A stretch of 64,000 bases of DNA from Verrucomicrobiota bacterium (GCA_018814445.1 JAHIZV010000218.1:2285-66284), one strand, 5' to 3'; shown: positions 54,294 through 63,012, numbered from the stretch's first letter. The notes: generated by a model not told the origin, from the letters alone. Translations and numbers: made by a program.

Positions 54294-55676
54294 TCACCTC
54301 GCGCAAGAAGCGTCATTACTGAGCAGTGCGCCATTGCTCTCTATCAGGTCGCGATACCAGTAGCCGGAATCTTTGATGACCCGCTTCTGAGTGTTGTAGT
54401 TCACATGTATGAGTCCAAAGCGCTGATAGAAGCCTTCCGCCCATTCGAAGTTGTCCATGATGGACCAGTGGAAGTAGCCACGGACATCGACGCCTTCGTC
54501 GATGCTCTCCTTCAGCCCGCGGAGATAGCGCGTTGTGAAGTCGATGCGTTTGGGATCATGCACCTTTCCGTCCACGCAGACCCAGTCATTCAGCGAGAGC
54601 CCGTTCTCGGTGATAATGATCGGTTTATGGTATTCGTCGTAAAGGAACTTCGTAGCCCATCGCAGCGACTGCTCGGTAATCGGCCAGTTGAACTGGGTAT
54701 GCGGATGGTGATTAGGATAGGGCACGACTTCGGGTTTTCCGTCTTCACCGGCTTTGACGGTGCCCGAGGCATAGATGTTCAGCCCCAGGAAATCCAGTTC
54801 CTGTCCGATCAACTCCATGTCGCCGTCCCTGATGGGCGGTCCATCGTCACCCCATGCCGCAAGGCCGTCTTGGGGATAACCGCCGCGGAAGCAGGGATGG
54901 AGGTTCCAGGTCGTGCAGAACACGTCACGTTTCTTGATGTCGAAAAACATGTGACGGGCGGCTTCAATATCCTCGGACGAAGTATTGGCCGGTATATATG
55001 TGTGAAAGCACGGGGCGAAGCCGACCTGCGGGTCCGGCAGCCTGGAATGCGCCCGGATGACTCGAACCGCGCGGCCGTGCGCGAGCATGGTGTTGTGCCA
55101 GACTCTTGTAAGTTCAATGTCGTTCAGTTTGAGGCCGGGGGCATGATGTCCATGCTGATGACCGTTGCCGATGAAGCATGCCGGTTCGTTGAGTGTGAAC
55201 CAGTGGCTGACACGGTCGGAGAGCCGGTCGACAATGAGACGGGTGTATTCTTCGAACCAGAGCGGCGAATCATCGTGCAGCCATCCACCCTTTTCAAACA
55301 GCGCAACGGGGTAGTCCCAATGGAAAAGAGTGACCCATGGCGTGACGCCTGCGCCGAGCAGTTCGTCCACGAGTTGATCGTAGAAGGCGACGCCTGTCTC
55401 ATTTACTTTGCCCGTGCCTTCGGGAAGAACGCGCGGCCACATGATCGAGAGGCGGTAGGCCTGCAGACCTATCTCTTTCATGAGGGCCACGTCTTCCCTG
55501 TAGCGGTTGTAATGATCGCAGGCGACAAAGCCGGTATCGCCCCCGCGGACGAATCCCTCCTTCTTGCAGCACATGTCCCAGACGGACTCGCCGCAACCAT
55601 CAACGCCCTGTGTCGAGCCCTCTATCTGGTAGCTGGCGGCGGCGGCACCCCAGACGAAATCTTTTGGAAAACACAT
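54294..55676 (-). CDS. GH1 beta-glucosidase
   Basis: 'FPKDFVWGAAAASYQIEGS' N-terminal signature. Acid/base 'TLNEP'. Nucleophile 'ITENG'. 460 aa. Confidence 0.9.
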   Translation of the reverse strand: MCFPKDFVWGAAAASYQIEGSTQGVDGCGESVWDMCCKKEGFVRGGDTGFVACDHYNRYREDVALMKEIGLQAYRLSIMWPRVLPEGTGKVNETGVAFYDQLVDELLGAGVTPWVTLFHWDYPVALFEKGGWLHDDSPLWFEEYTRLIVDRLSDRVSHWFTLNEPACFIGNGHQHGHHAPGLKLNDIELTRVWHNTMLAHGRAVRVIRAHSRLPDPQVGFAPCFHTYIPANTSSEDIEAARHMFFDIKKRDVFCTTWNLHPCFRGGYPQDGLAAWGDDGPPIRDGDMELIGQELDFLGLNIYASGTVKAGEDGKPEVVPYPNHHPHTQFNWPITEQSLRWATKFLYDEYHKPIIITENGLSLNDWVCVDGKVHDPKRIDFTTRYLRGLKESIDEGVDVRGYFHWSIMDNFEWAEGFYQRFGLIHVNYNTQKRVIKDSGYWYRDLIESNGALLSNDASCAR

Positions 55677-55786
55677 ATTCTCTTCCTCGCCTCGCTACCG
55701 GTCGAAACGCCGGCGTTCTCCCGATCAGACATGTTGCAGGATGACATATTAACTTGCTGACGGATCGTCGAGAGCTGCGGGTTATA

Positions 55787-55796
55787 TTTACGTAAA
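55787..55796. promoter_or_regulatory. Palindromic box TTTACGTAAA(G), site 5, in the divergent promoter between GH1 and the esterase-GH65-SGNH operon
   Basis: 'TATATTTACGTAAAGTCT'. About 110 bp upstream of the GH1 start and about 80 bp upstream of the esterase start. Confidence 0.5.
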
Positions 55797-55875
55797 GTCT
55801 AGGCCCGTTTGTTGCTTTGCAGGCCTTCTGCTTGAATCAAGCCCATGGAATTCACGGAAAGAGAGACTCTACACC

Positions 55876-56745
55876 ATGACATGCACACCTCGTTACATAT
55901 CCGCCGGTGTCCTTGGCCTGCTGGCGGGCCTCATGATTCCCGCCATTTCGGAATCCATCATGACTGACGTGCAGAGCTACAGGAAGGTTGAGAACATCGC
56001 GTACCGCGAGGGACCGGAGCTGGAGGACTATGCGCGGGAACGGTGTCGTCTGGACATCTACTTCCCCGAAGGCGCCGCAGACTTTGCCACCGTCGTGTGG
56101 TTCCACGGGGGCGGTATGACGGCAGGAGAGAAGTATGTGCCGGGTGAGCTAATGAACCAGGGAATCGCGGTCGTCGCGGCTGAATACCGATTAAGTCCGC
56201 ATGTGAACGCGCCTGCGTACATCGAGGATGCTGCGGCCGCTGTCGCCTGGGTCTTCAAGAACATCGAGCAGTATGGCGGTTCAACTCAACGGGTATTTGT
56301 CGCCGGCGCTTCTGCAGGGGGTTACCTCGCGACCATGGTCGGCCTCGACAACCAATATCTCGCGGCCCACGGCATGGACGCGAACCGGATCGCCGGACTG
56401 ATTTCGCTGAGCGGCCAGGCCATCACACATTTCACGGTTCGCGCAGAGCGCGGCATCAGCGGCACACAACCGATGGTCGACGAACTGGCTCCGCTGTTTC
56501 ACGTCCGTGGTGACGCGCCTCCTTTGCTGCTGGTCACCGGCGACCGCGATCTCGAACTCTTCGGCCGCTACGAAGAGAACGCGTATTTCCAGCGCATGAT
56601 GAAAGTAGTTGGCCATGCGGATAACGAACTGCACGAGCTTAAAGGCAGGGACCACGGCGGTGTGGAGGCGCCCGCGCACAGCCTTCTTCTCGAGTTTCTG
56701 AAAAGGATCAACAAAACCATATCAACTGCCGGAGAAACGAAATGA
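55876..56745 (+). CDS. Secreted alpha/beta-hydrolase esterase (Abhydrolase_3-type; candidate carbohydrate esterase)
   Basis: Signal peptide. 'VVWFHGGGMTAGEK' HGGG oxyanion motif. 'FVAGASAGGYLA' nucleophile elbow. ATGA overlap with the downstream GH65 gene. Confidence 0.8.
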   Translation: MTCTPRYISAGVLGLLAGLMIPAISESIMTDVQSYRKVENIAYREGPELEDYARERCRLDIYFPEGAADFATVVWFHGGGMTAGEKYVPGELMNQGIAVVAAEYRLSPHVNAPAYIEDAAAAVAWVFKNIEQYGGSTQRVFVAGASAGGYLATMVGLDNQYLAAHGMDANRIAGLISLSGQAITHFTVRAERGISGTQPMVDELAPLFHVRGDAPPLLLVTGDRDLELFGRYEENAYFQRMMKVVGHADNELHELKGRDHGGVEAPAHSLLLEFLKRINKTISTAGETK

Positions 56746-59063
56746 CTTCCAATAACCCGTGGTATGCAGAAGGTGATCCGTGGGTGCTGACCCAGACTGA
56801 GTGGACCCCGGACAAGAACATTTACTTTGAAACTGTTTTTACGCAATCCAATGGCTACATGGGCATTCGGGGCTACACGGAGGAAGTGAACGAGGGGCCG
56901 GACTCCTACCGCGAGGGATATCTCGCGGGTGTTTTCGGGCACACAGACGAAGCGGCGCTGGAGCAGACCCGGGTTACGTATGACTGGCCTATGCTGGCCA
57001 TGATTACACTGCCCGAGCTTTTCGCCTGTGAAATCGAATTGGACGGGGAGGCCTTCAAGCTTTCTGAAGGAACCGTTTCCTCATTCACCCGCTCTCTCAA
57101 CATGCGCAACGGCGTTCTCAGCCGGCACGTCGCGTGGGTCAGCCCAAAAGGCCACTGGACACACCTCGTCTTCGAGCGGTTCCTCTCGTCTGCCGTCCCG
57201 CATCTCGGCATGCAGCAGATTACCGTGACTCCCGAAAACTGGTCCGGTCCGGTCACTCTGACTTTTGGACTTGATGGCGCCATTCCGACCTACTTCCGTT
57301 GCGGCGACCGCGCGATGGCTCACGTGCCTCAGGATCTTCTACAGGATCCGCGAATCGCCGTGAGCGATGAAGGTTCAGCGACATTGACATTCAAGACAAG
57401 GGGAACCGAACACACCGTCAGCATAGCGTCCAGTGTTGCGGGCGGACCGTGCAAAACGGTCGAGTCGAGCCCGGCCGTCCTGCAGCAGAAAGCCCGCCTT
57501 TCTATCAAGGAGGGCGAATCAGCAACAGTGCTCCATTCAGTGGCCGTCGTCAGTTCGAGGGATGATGTGGATCCGTCGGATGTCCCGGAACTGGCCGCGG
57601 ACATAGCCGGTGATGCGGCGAAAGCGGGGTATGGAGAATCGTTGGCCGAGTCGGAAGCCGTCTGGGAACATCGCTGGGCGATGTCTGATGTCGTGGTCGA
57701 CGGTCCGGCAAAAGACCAGGCCTATGCCCGGTTCAGCTCTTTCAGCATGCTGCAAATGGCTCCGTTCCATACGGACAACATGAGCGTGCCTGCGCGCGCC
57801 TACGCTTTCAACCGGTATCACGGCCTCTATTACTGGGACAGCGAAACGTTCCTGATGCCTCTGTATCTCCATACGCATCCCGAGGTGGCGGAGAATCTGC
57901 TGAGCTTCCGCTACCGCACGCTCGAGGGAGCGCGGAAAACCGCGCGCCAGTTGAAAGCCCCGGGTATCTGCTTTCCGTGGATGACCGATTCTGAAGACGG
58001 CACTGAACAGGGTCCATGGAATATCGGCGACTACCTCTGGCATCAGAACGCGGACATCGCTTACGCCATCGATCAGTACGTGAAGGCCACGGGAAACACG
58101 GTGTTCATGCGCGACAAAGGCCTGGAGATGATCGTCGAGAGTGCGCGCTTCTGGATGTCCCGGCTTGAGAAAGACGAAGATGGCGTTATGCACCTGCACG
58201 ACACCGTAGGACCGGACGAACTGGACAACCACGGCAAAGACAATGGCTTCACCAGTCTGATGGCCCGCCGACATCTTCGCCTTGCCGCGCACTGGGCAAG
58301 TGAAATCCGCTCCTCCTACCCCGCCGAGGCGCAGAGACTGAGCGAAAGACTGGAGATCAGCGCGGCAGAAATCACGGGTTGGAGCCATGCCGCGGACGCG
58401 ATAGCCGCGCCCATGATTCCGGATCTGAACATCCCGCTGCAGGACGAGTTTCTGTTGGCGAAGAAGCCGCTCAGTTTCGAGGGTTTGACCGCGGACGAGG
58501 CTTTCGCGATGAGGCACACACACCGCGTCGTCAAGCAGTCAGACATCGTACTCGTCATGTACCTCCTGCAGGATGAGTTCACGGTGGAGCAGATGAGAAC
58601 TGCTTACGACTTTTACGAGCCGATGACACTTCACTACTCCTCGCTTAGCTACAACACTCATTCCATACTGGCGACCAAGATCGGCCGGGATCAACAGGCT
58701 TATGACTACTTCCTGAAGGCGGCCGGCCTGGACCTGGACAACCTGCGCGACGCAACGAGCGACGGCCTTCATGCGGCCGCTCTGGGAGGAACCTGGCAGA
58801 CGATCATGTACGGCTTTCTCGGCATGCGCTACGGGAAGGATGCCATCGTGTTTGAGCCGCGTCTTCCTGAAACCTGGAAATCCGTGTCTCTGCGGATCGT
58901 ATTCCGCGGATACGTATTGAGCCTGAACCTGACGCACGACGTTCAGCGAATTGATGTGGAGGGCTCCGAAGGACGGGGCCGACCGCGAGTGATCCTTAAC
59001 GGCGAACCCCATGTTCTAAGCGATGGTCTGAGCATCACTTCGTCAGCGAAAGTGTTGAGTTGA
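56742..59063 (+). CDS. GH65-family glycoside hydrolase/phosphorylase (kojibiose/maltose/trehalose-phosphorylase-like)
   Basis: N-terminal 'WVLTQTEW ... ETVFTQSNGYMGIRGYTEEV ... GYLAGVFG' (GH65 N-domain). A central (alpha/alpha)6-type region follows. 773 aa, no signal peptide. Confidence 0.7.
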   Translation: MTSNNPWYAEGDPWVLTQTEWTPDKNIYFETVFTQSNGYMGIRGYTEEVNEGPDSYREGYLAGVFGHTDEAALEQTRVTYDWPMLAMITLPELFACEIELDGEAFKLSEGTVSSFTRSLNMRNGVLSRHVAWVSPKGHWTHLVFERFLSSAVPHLGMQQITVTPENWSGPVTLTFGLDGAIPTYFRCGDRAMAHVPQDLLQDPRIAVSDEGSATLTFKTRGTEHTVSIASSVAGGPCKTVESSPAVLQQKARLSIKEGESATVLHSVAVVSSRDDVDPSDVPELAADIAGDAAKAGYGESLAESEAVWEHRWAMSDVVVDGPAKDQAYARFSSFSMLQMAPFHTDNMSVPARAYAFNRYHGLYYWDSETFLMPLYLHTHPEVAENLLSFRYRTLEGARKTARQLKAPGICFPWMTDSEDGTEQGPWNIGDYLWHQNADIAYAIDQYVKATGNTVFMRDKGLEMIVESARFWMSRLEKDEDGVMHLHDTVGPDELDNHGKDNGFTSLMARRHLRLAAHWASEIRSSYPAEAQRLSERLEISAAEITGWSHAADAIAAPMIPDLNIPLQDEFLLAKKPLSFEGLTADEAFAMRHTHRVVKQSDIVLVMYLLQDEFTVEQMRTAYDFYEPMTLHYSSLSYNTHSILATKIGRDQQAYDYFLKAAGLDLDNLRDATSDGLHAAALGGTWQTIMYGFLGMRYGKDAIVFEPRLPETWKSVSLRIVFRGYVLSLNLTHDVQRIDVEGSEGRGRPRVILNGEPHVLSDGLSITSSAKVLS

Positions 59064-59151
59064 TTTGAGTCAGTACCGGTCGATTTGGATCTGATCAGTT
59101 CTGACGGCGACGTCACGGTGTGGACGGAAAGCAAAAAACAAAAGGCAGACC

Positions 59152-62100
59152 ATGAAAGAAACCAAAACGCACGCACTTCTGCACCTCTTCTTTGTGGCCG
59201 TATTTTCTCTCACGGCTGTTTCGCACGCGGCCCCCACCAATCTCATGGTCTATGGCTCGTCGGTGGCCCGGGGCTACTCGGCCAGGGATGACTTCGGGGC
59301 ATATACCACCAACAACGGCTCCCTCGGGCTGGCTTATGCCGGCCGGCTGACCACATTGCTGGGCCGGGACGGGTGGTACGTTACCAATTCTTCTACACCG
59401 GGCGACAACACGGCCCTGGCTATCGCCGACTTCAACAGCAAAGTGGTTTCGCAGTCGCCGGATTTCGTGCTGATCGGGTTGTCTTTGGGCAATGAAGGCC
59501 TGCACTCCACGCCAAGACCGGATTCGGCCGTCAACATCTTCAGCAACGGCATGCAGGAGCTGATCGGGTTATGCAGGACGAATGATTTCTATCCAATCGT
59601 CACGCTCGTATATCCCAACAACAACTTCTACGAGCGGCACTACGACCGGGTCAAGGCGATGAATCTTGTGATGAATACGTGGGACGTCCCCAGTTTCAAT
59701 TTACTGGGCGCTCTTGATGACGGCACGGGAAAGTGGGTCGACGGATACTGGAAAGATCCATTACATCCCAATGCTGACGGACACCTTGAGTTCTTCTGCA
59801 CGTTTGTTCCCAGCCTCTTCGACGCAATCAATGCAGGAAAGACCAACAGCCCCGACATCAGCAGCGCGGTCAACTTCGCGCGCGCAACGCGGGATTTGAC
59901 CGAACCCGCTCAGATCGAGTTCGTTCCCTCCAACACCATGCACTCCTTCACGACCCGGTTCCGAGTTCGTACGACGGATACGGGCAGCGTCGCTGCCGTG
60001 CGGCTCGCACCTCCAAAGATACTTGTCGATTTCGGGCCGAACAACGATGACGACGGGCGGCGTGCTTCGGATCCTGATGAAAACGGAAACTACTGGAACA
60101 GTTGGCGGCCGATCGACGGCTATACCAATCTGAATTACATCGTCTCGGGAACCTCAACATCCGGATTGATAACTTCGGACAATCAGTCCACAGAAGTCGG
60201 CCTCGAGATCACGGAGAACTTCACGGGCGCCAACGGAATCCAGAATGGCGGGCTTGATGACCCGGATGGTCCTCAGTTCTCTCTCCTCGGCGACTTCGCC
60301 GTGGAGACAGCCACGGAAGACTATTTCTACGACGGCAATACCGCAGCCTTCAAGATCACGGGCCTCAATACCGGCAGCCTCTACACGCTGCGGTTCTTCG
60401 GGACGCGAGCCTGGTCGTCGGAGACGCGTGAGACCCGCTATGTTGCCGCGGGCGGCAATGGGCCTTTGACCAATGATCTCGTTACGTCCGGCAACAACGT
60501 CGGCAGCGACGGCGTATATGATGGCAACGATGACACGATCGTGAGCATCACGGGACTGGCCGCGACCGCGAGCGGTGTAATCACGGTCAGACTGTCCACG
60601 GTGCAGGGATCGTACAGCTACCTCGGCATTATGGAAATCGCACAGGAAACACCCGTTGTCACCAACGGTTACGGGACCATTGAAGTCCGAGACACGGAGA
60701 TCGCGTACGCATCTCCGAGCGGGTCGGAGATTACTGCTTCGGTCGATGCGAACGACGGAAGTTGGTACGACATCGCCCTTTCCCACCGATACGCGAAGCA
60801 GGAGACGCTCCTGTATGTGGACGGAGCAGAAGCCGGAACACTCTCCGAAAGCATCGTCCCTCAAGCTTTCGTGCTGGGCGGACCGGATGCGGCGGACGGC
60901 GCACCGCCATCACCTTCGACCGCCGATTACCAGGACTGGTGCGTCTACCGCGCGGCCTGGACAGAGGCAGAAGCATTGGCCCAGCATGAGGGTCATCTGC
61001 AGCAGGCCAGCCTCGAAATCTGCGCGCCGCTGAGCGACAGCACTTTTCCGCAAGGAGGCAGGGCAACGAACGAAGCACAGAGCCTCTCCGTCGTGACCAT
61101 CAACATCGACGACCTCAGCGCGACGGCTGCCGTCACGGCGCCAGGCAATCTCCAGGCCGCGTCCTACGCCCTGGACGAAGTGGAGTTGTCGTGGACGGAC
61201 AACAGCACCACCGAAAGCGGCTACGTCGTCGAACGCAGAATCAGTGAGTCAGGCGCAATGTGGACCAACATCGCAGCACTCTCTGCCGGCTCGACCTCCT
61301 ACAAGGACAGCGATGTGTCCGCAGGCATCACTTATGATTACCGGGTGTCGACCGACGAGGGAACCGTGCAAAGTGAATACTCGAATGTGGTCACCATCGA
61401 ACCGGGTGAAGACGGACAAACCTACCAGACCTGGCGCAACCGGTTCTTTCTGGCGAATGCCGGCCGCTACCTTGTAGATTTCAACACGCTCGCAAGCCCC
61501 GACTACGGCGGCGTAATCTGGAACACTGCGACCAGCCTCACCGCAATGATCTCCTACGACCTGACGGCGACCAATGGCGATGCTTCGGCCGGGTACGTAC
61601 TGACGATTACGGATGCTTTCGACCAGTTCAGGTCCGGCAACGGAAGCCCTCTGAGCGGGTTCGACAATGACGCTCAGAGCACGATCTTCGTCACAACCAA
61701 TGACACGCCGAAGATGGGTCAGGTCACGCTTTCAGGTTTGAACGACCGCTTTATCTATGACGTCACGGTTTTCGGCAGGCGCGGCTCACTCTTCGCCGGA
61801 TACGACTACCGCGCCCGGTACAACGTCAGCGGAAGAGACGGGGACATCAGTTTTGAAGTGAATACAGCCACGAACGAAATCGCCTCCCATGTATTCGGTT
61901 TGAGGCCACGGGACGGACGCATCGCCATAGACGTGGCAGCACCGGACGCGCCGACAGGCAAAGTCTTTGCCGGCGTCAGCCTGCTGGCCTTCGAGGACAT
62001 GAGTCCGGGCAACACCTTCCTTATTGATTTCAATGACCGTGCCGGCGTTACGTATCCGGACGGGCAGTCCTGGAACGTGGTCACGGGCCCTACCGCCGCC

Positions 62101-62928
62101 GCAACCTACAATCTGGTCGACGTATCCGGCAGCGCCGCAGAAGGCTTCTCGTTGACGATGAATGATGCGTTCAGTGACTCGCGTGACAAGAACGGCGGGG
62201 CAATTGGAGGATTCACGGAAGAGGCGGAGAGCGTCCTGTTCAACCTGAACGGCTTCGGAGATACCGCTCAAATGACGTTCTCCGGACTTGACGTGAGCCT
62301 GACCTACGACTTCACGTTCCTCGCGAGCAGGAGAAATCCATTCGCGTCGTCGTATGATTACAATGCGAGGTTCGTGTTCACCGGCGGCGGAGACCCGGTC
62401 ACCAGCGTCGTTGACTCCGCCGATAACGATTACTACACGCTTATCGAAGGTATTCAGCCGGACGGCGGAGGTGACATCGTTCTCACGGTCGATTCACCGC
62501 AGGATGTCGGCGGCAAAACGGAGTTCCCGGTCCTCAACCTGATTCGCATGACCGAGGAAAGCATGAGCAATACCGTGCAGTCGGCATCTTCCGATGATCC
62601 TGACGGCGACGGCATTGCCAACTTTGTTGAGTACGCACACAACTTCGACCCGACGAATACTGGTGTGAACACGTTCTCAGTGGATCAGGTCGGTGTGGAA
62701 GGCGGTGGAACAACCTTCGTCGGCTATTATGACAGGTACAAGCCGGCCCGGGAAATCACCTACGGCGTCGAAAGCACCACCAACCTTCTCGCGCCCGACT
62801 GGCAGCCCGATGCGGGTATCAGCTTGAGCGTGGTCAGCGATGCCGGCACAGCACAGACCATCAAACTGCAAAGGGCCGTGACGGAGACGACCCTCTTCAT
62901 CCGGGTCGCTACTGAATACACGCCCTGA
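59152..62928 (+). CDS. Giant secreted SGNH/GDSL-hydrolase multidomain protein (paralog 2), with the same architecture as 42398..46222
   Basis: Signal 'MKETKTHALLHLFFVAVFSLTAVSHA'. SGNH blocks 'LMVYGSSVARGY', 'VTNSSTPGDNTA', 'IGLSLGNEGL', 'DPLHPNADGHLEF'. 'KILVDFGPNNDDDGRRASDPDENGNYWNSWRP ... ITGLNTGSLYTLRFFGTRA ... YLGIMEI'. LamG-like 'YGTIEVRDTEIAYASPSG ... LYVDGAEAGTL'. FN3 'NLQAASYALDEVELSWTDN ... YDYRVSTDEG'. Two further 'LVDFN.../FLIDFN...' domains. C-terminal 'DPDGDGIANFVEYAHNFDP ... YGVESTTNLLAPDWQP ... LFIRVATEYTP'. Confidence 0.8.
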   Translation: MKETKTHALLHLFFVAVFSLTAVSHAAPTNLMVYGSSVARGYSARDDFGAYTTNNGSLGLAYAGRLTTLLGRDGWYVTNSSTPGDNTALAIADFNSKVVSQSPDFVLIGLSLGNEGLHSTPRPDSAVNIFSNGMQELIGLCRTNDFYPIVTLVYPNNNFYERHYDRVKAMNLVMNTWDVPSFNLLGALDDGTGKWVDGYWKDPLHPNADGHLEFFCTFVPSLFDAINAGKTNSPDISSAVNFARATRDLTEPAQIEFVPSNTMHSFTTRFRVRTTDTGSVAAVRLAPPKILVDFGPNNDDDGRRASDPDENGNYWNSWRPIDGYTNLNYIVSGTSTSGLITSDNQSTEVGLEITENFTGANGIQNGGLDDPDGPQFSLLGDFAVETATEDYFYDGNTAAFKITGLNTGSLYTLRFFGTRAWSSETRETRYVAAGGNGPLTNDLVTSGNNVGSDGVYDGNDDTIVSITGLAATASGVITVRLSTVQGSYSYLGIMEIAQETPVVTNGYGTIEVRDTEIAYASPSGSEITASVDANDGSWYDIALSHRYAKQETLLYVDGAEAGTLSESIVPQAFVLGGPDAADGAPPSPSTADYQDWCVYRAAWTEAEALAQHEGHLQQASLEICAPLSDSTFPQGGRATNEAQSLSVVTINIDDLSATAAVTAPGNLQAASYALDEVELSWTDNSTTESGYVVERRISESGAMWTNIAALSAGSTSYKDSDVSAGITYDYRVSTDEGTVQSEYSNVVTIEPGEDGQTYQTWRNRFFLANAGRYLVDFNTLASPDYGGVIWNTATSLTAMISYDLTATNGDASAGYVLTITDAFDQFRSGNGSPLSGFDNDAQSTIFVTTNDTPKMGQVTLSGLNDRFIYDVTVFGRRGSLFAGYDYRARYNVSGRDGDISFEVNTATNEIASHVFGLRPRDGRIAIDVAAPDAPTGKVFAGVSLLAFEDMSPGNTFLIDFNDRAGVTYPDGQSWNVVTGPTAAATYNLVDVSGSAAEGFSLTMNDAFSDSRDKNGGAIGGFTEEAESVLFNLNGFGDTAQMTFSGLDVSLTYDFTFLASRRNPFASSYDYNARFVFTGGGDPVTSVVDSADNDYYTLIEGIQPDGGGDIVLTVDSPQDVGGKTEFPVLNLIRMTEESMSNTVQSASSDDPDGDGIANFVEYAHNFDPTNTGVNTFSVDQVGVEGGGTTFVGYYDRYKPAREITYGVESTTNLLAPDWQPDAGISLSVVSDAGTAQTIKLQRAVTETTLFIRVATEYTP

Positions 62929-63012
62929 TGCCGGCGGACTTGCCCAAAAACACTTTTTTCCGATCTTTTCCGGTGTATACTTCATTCTCTGAAGTATCGA
63001 CCGGAGGCTTGC

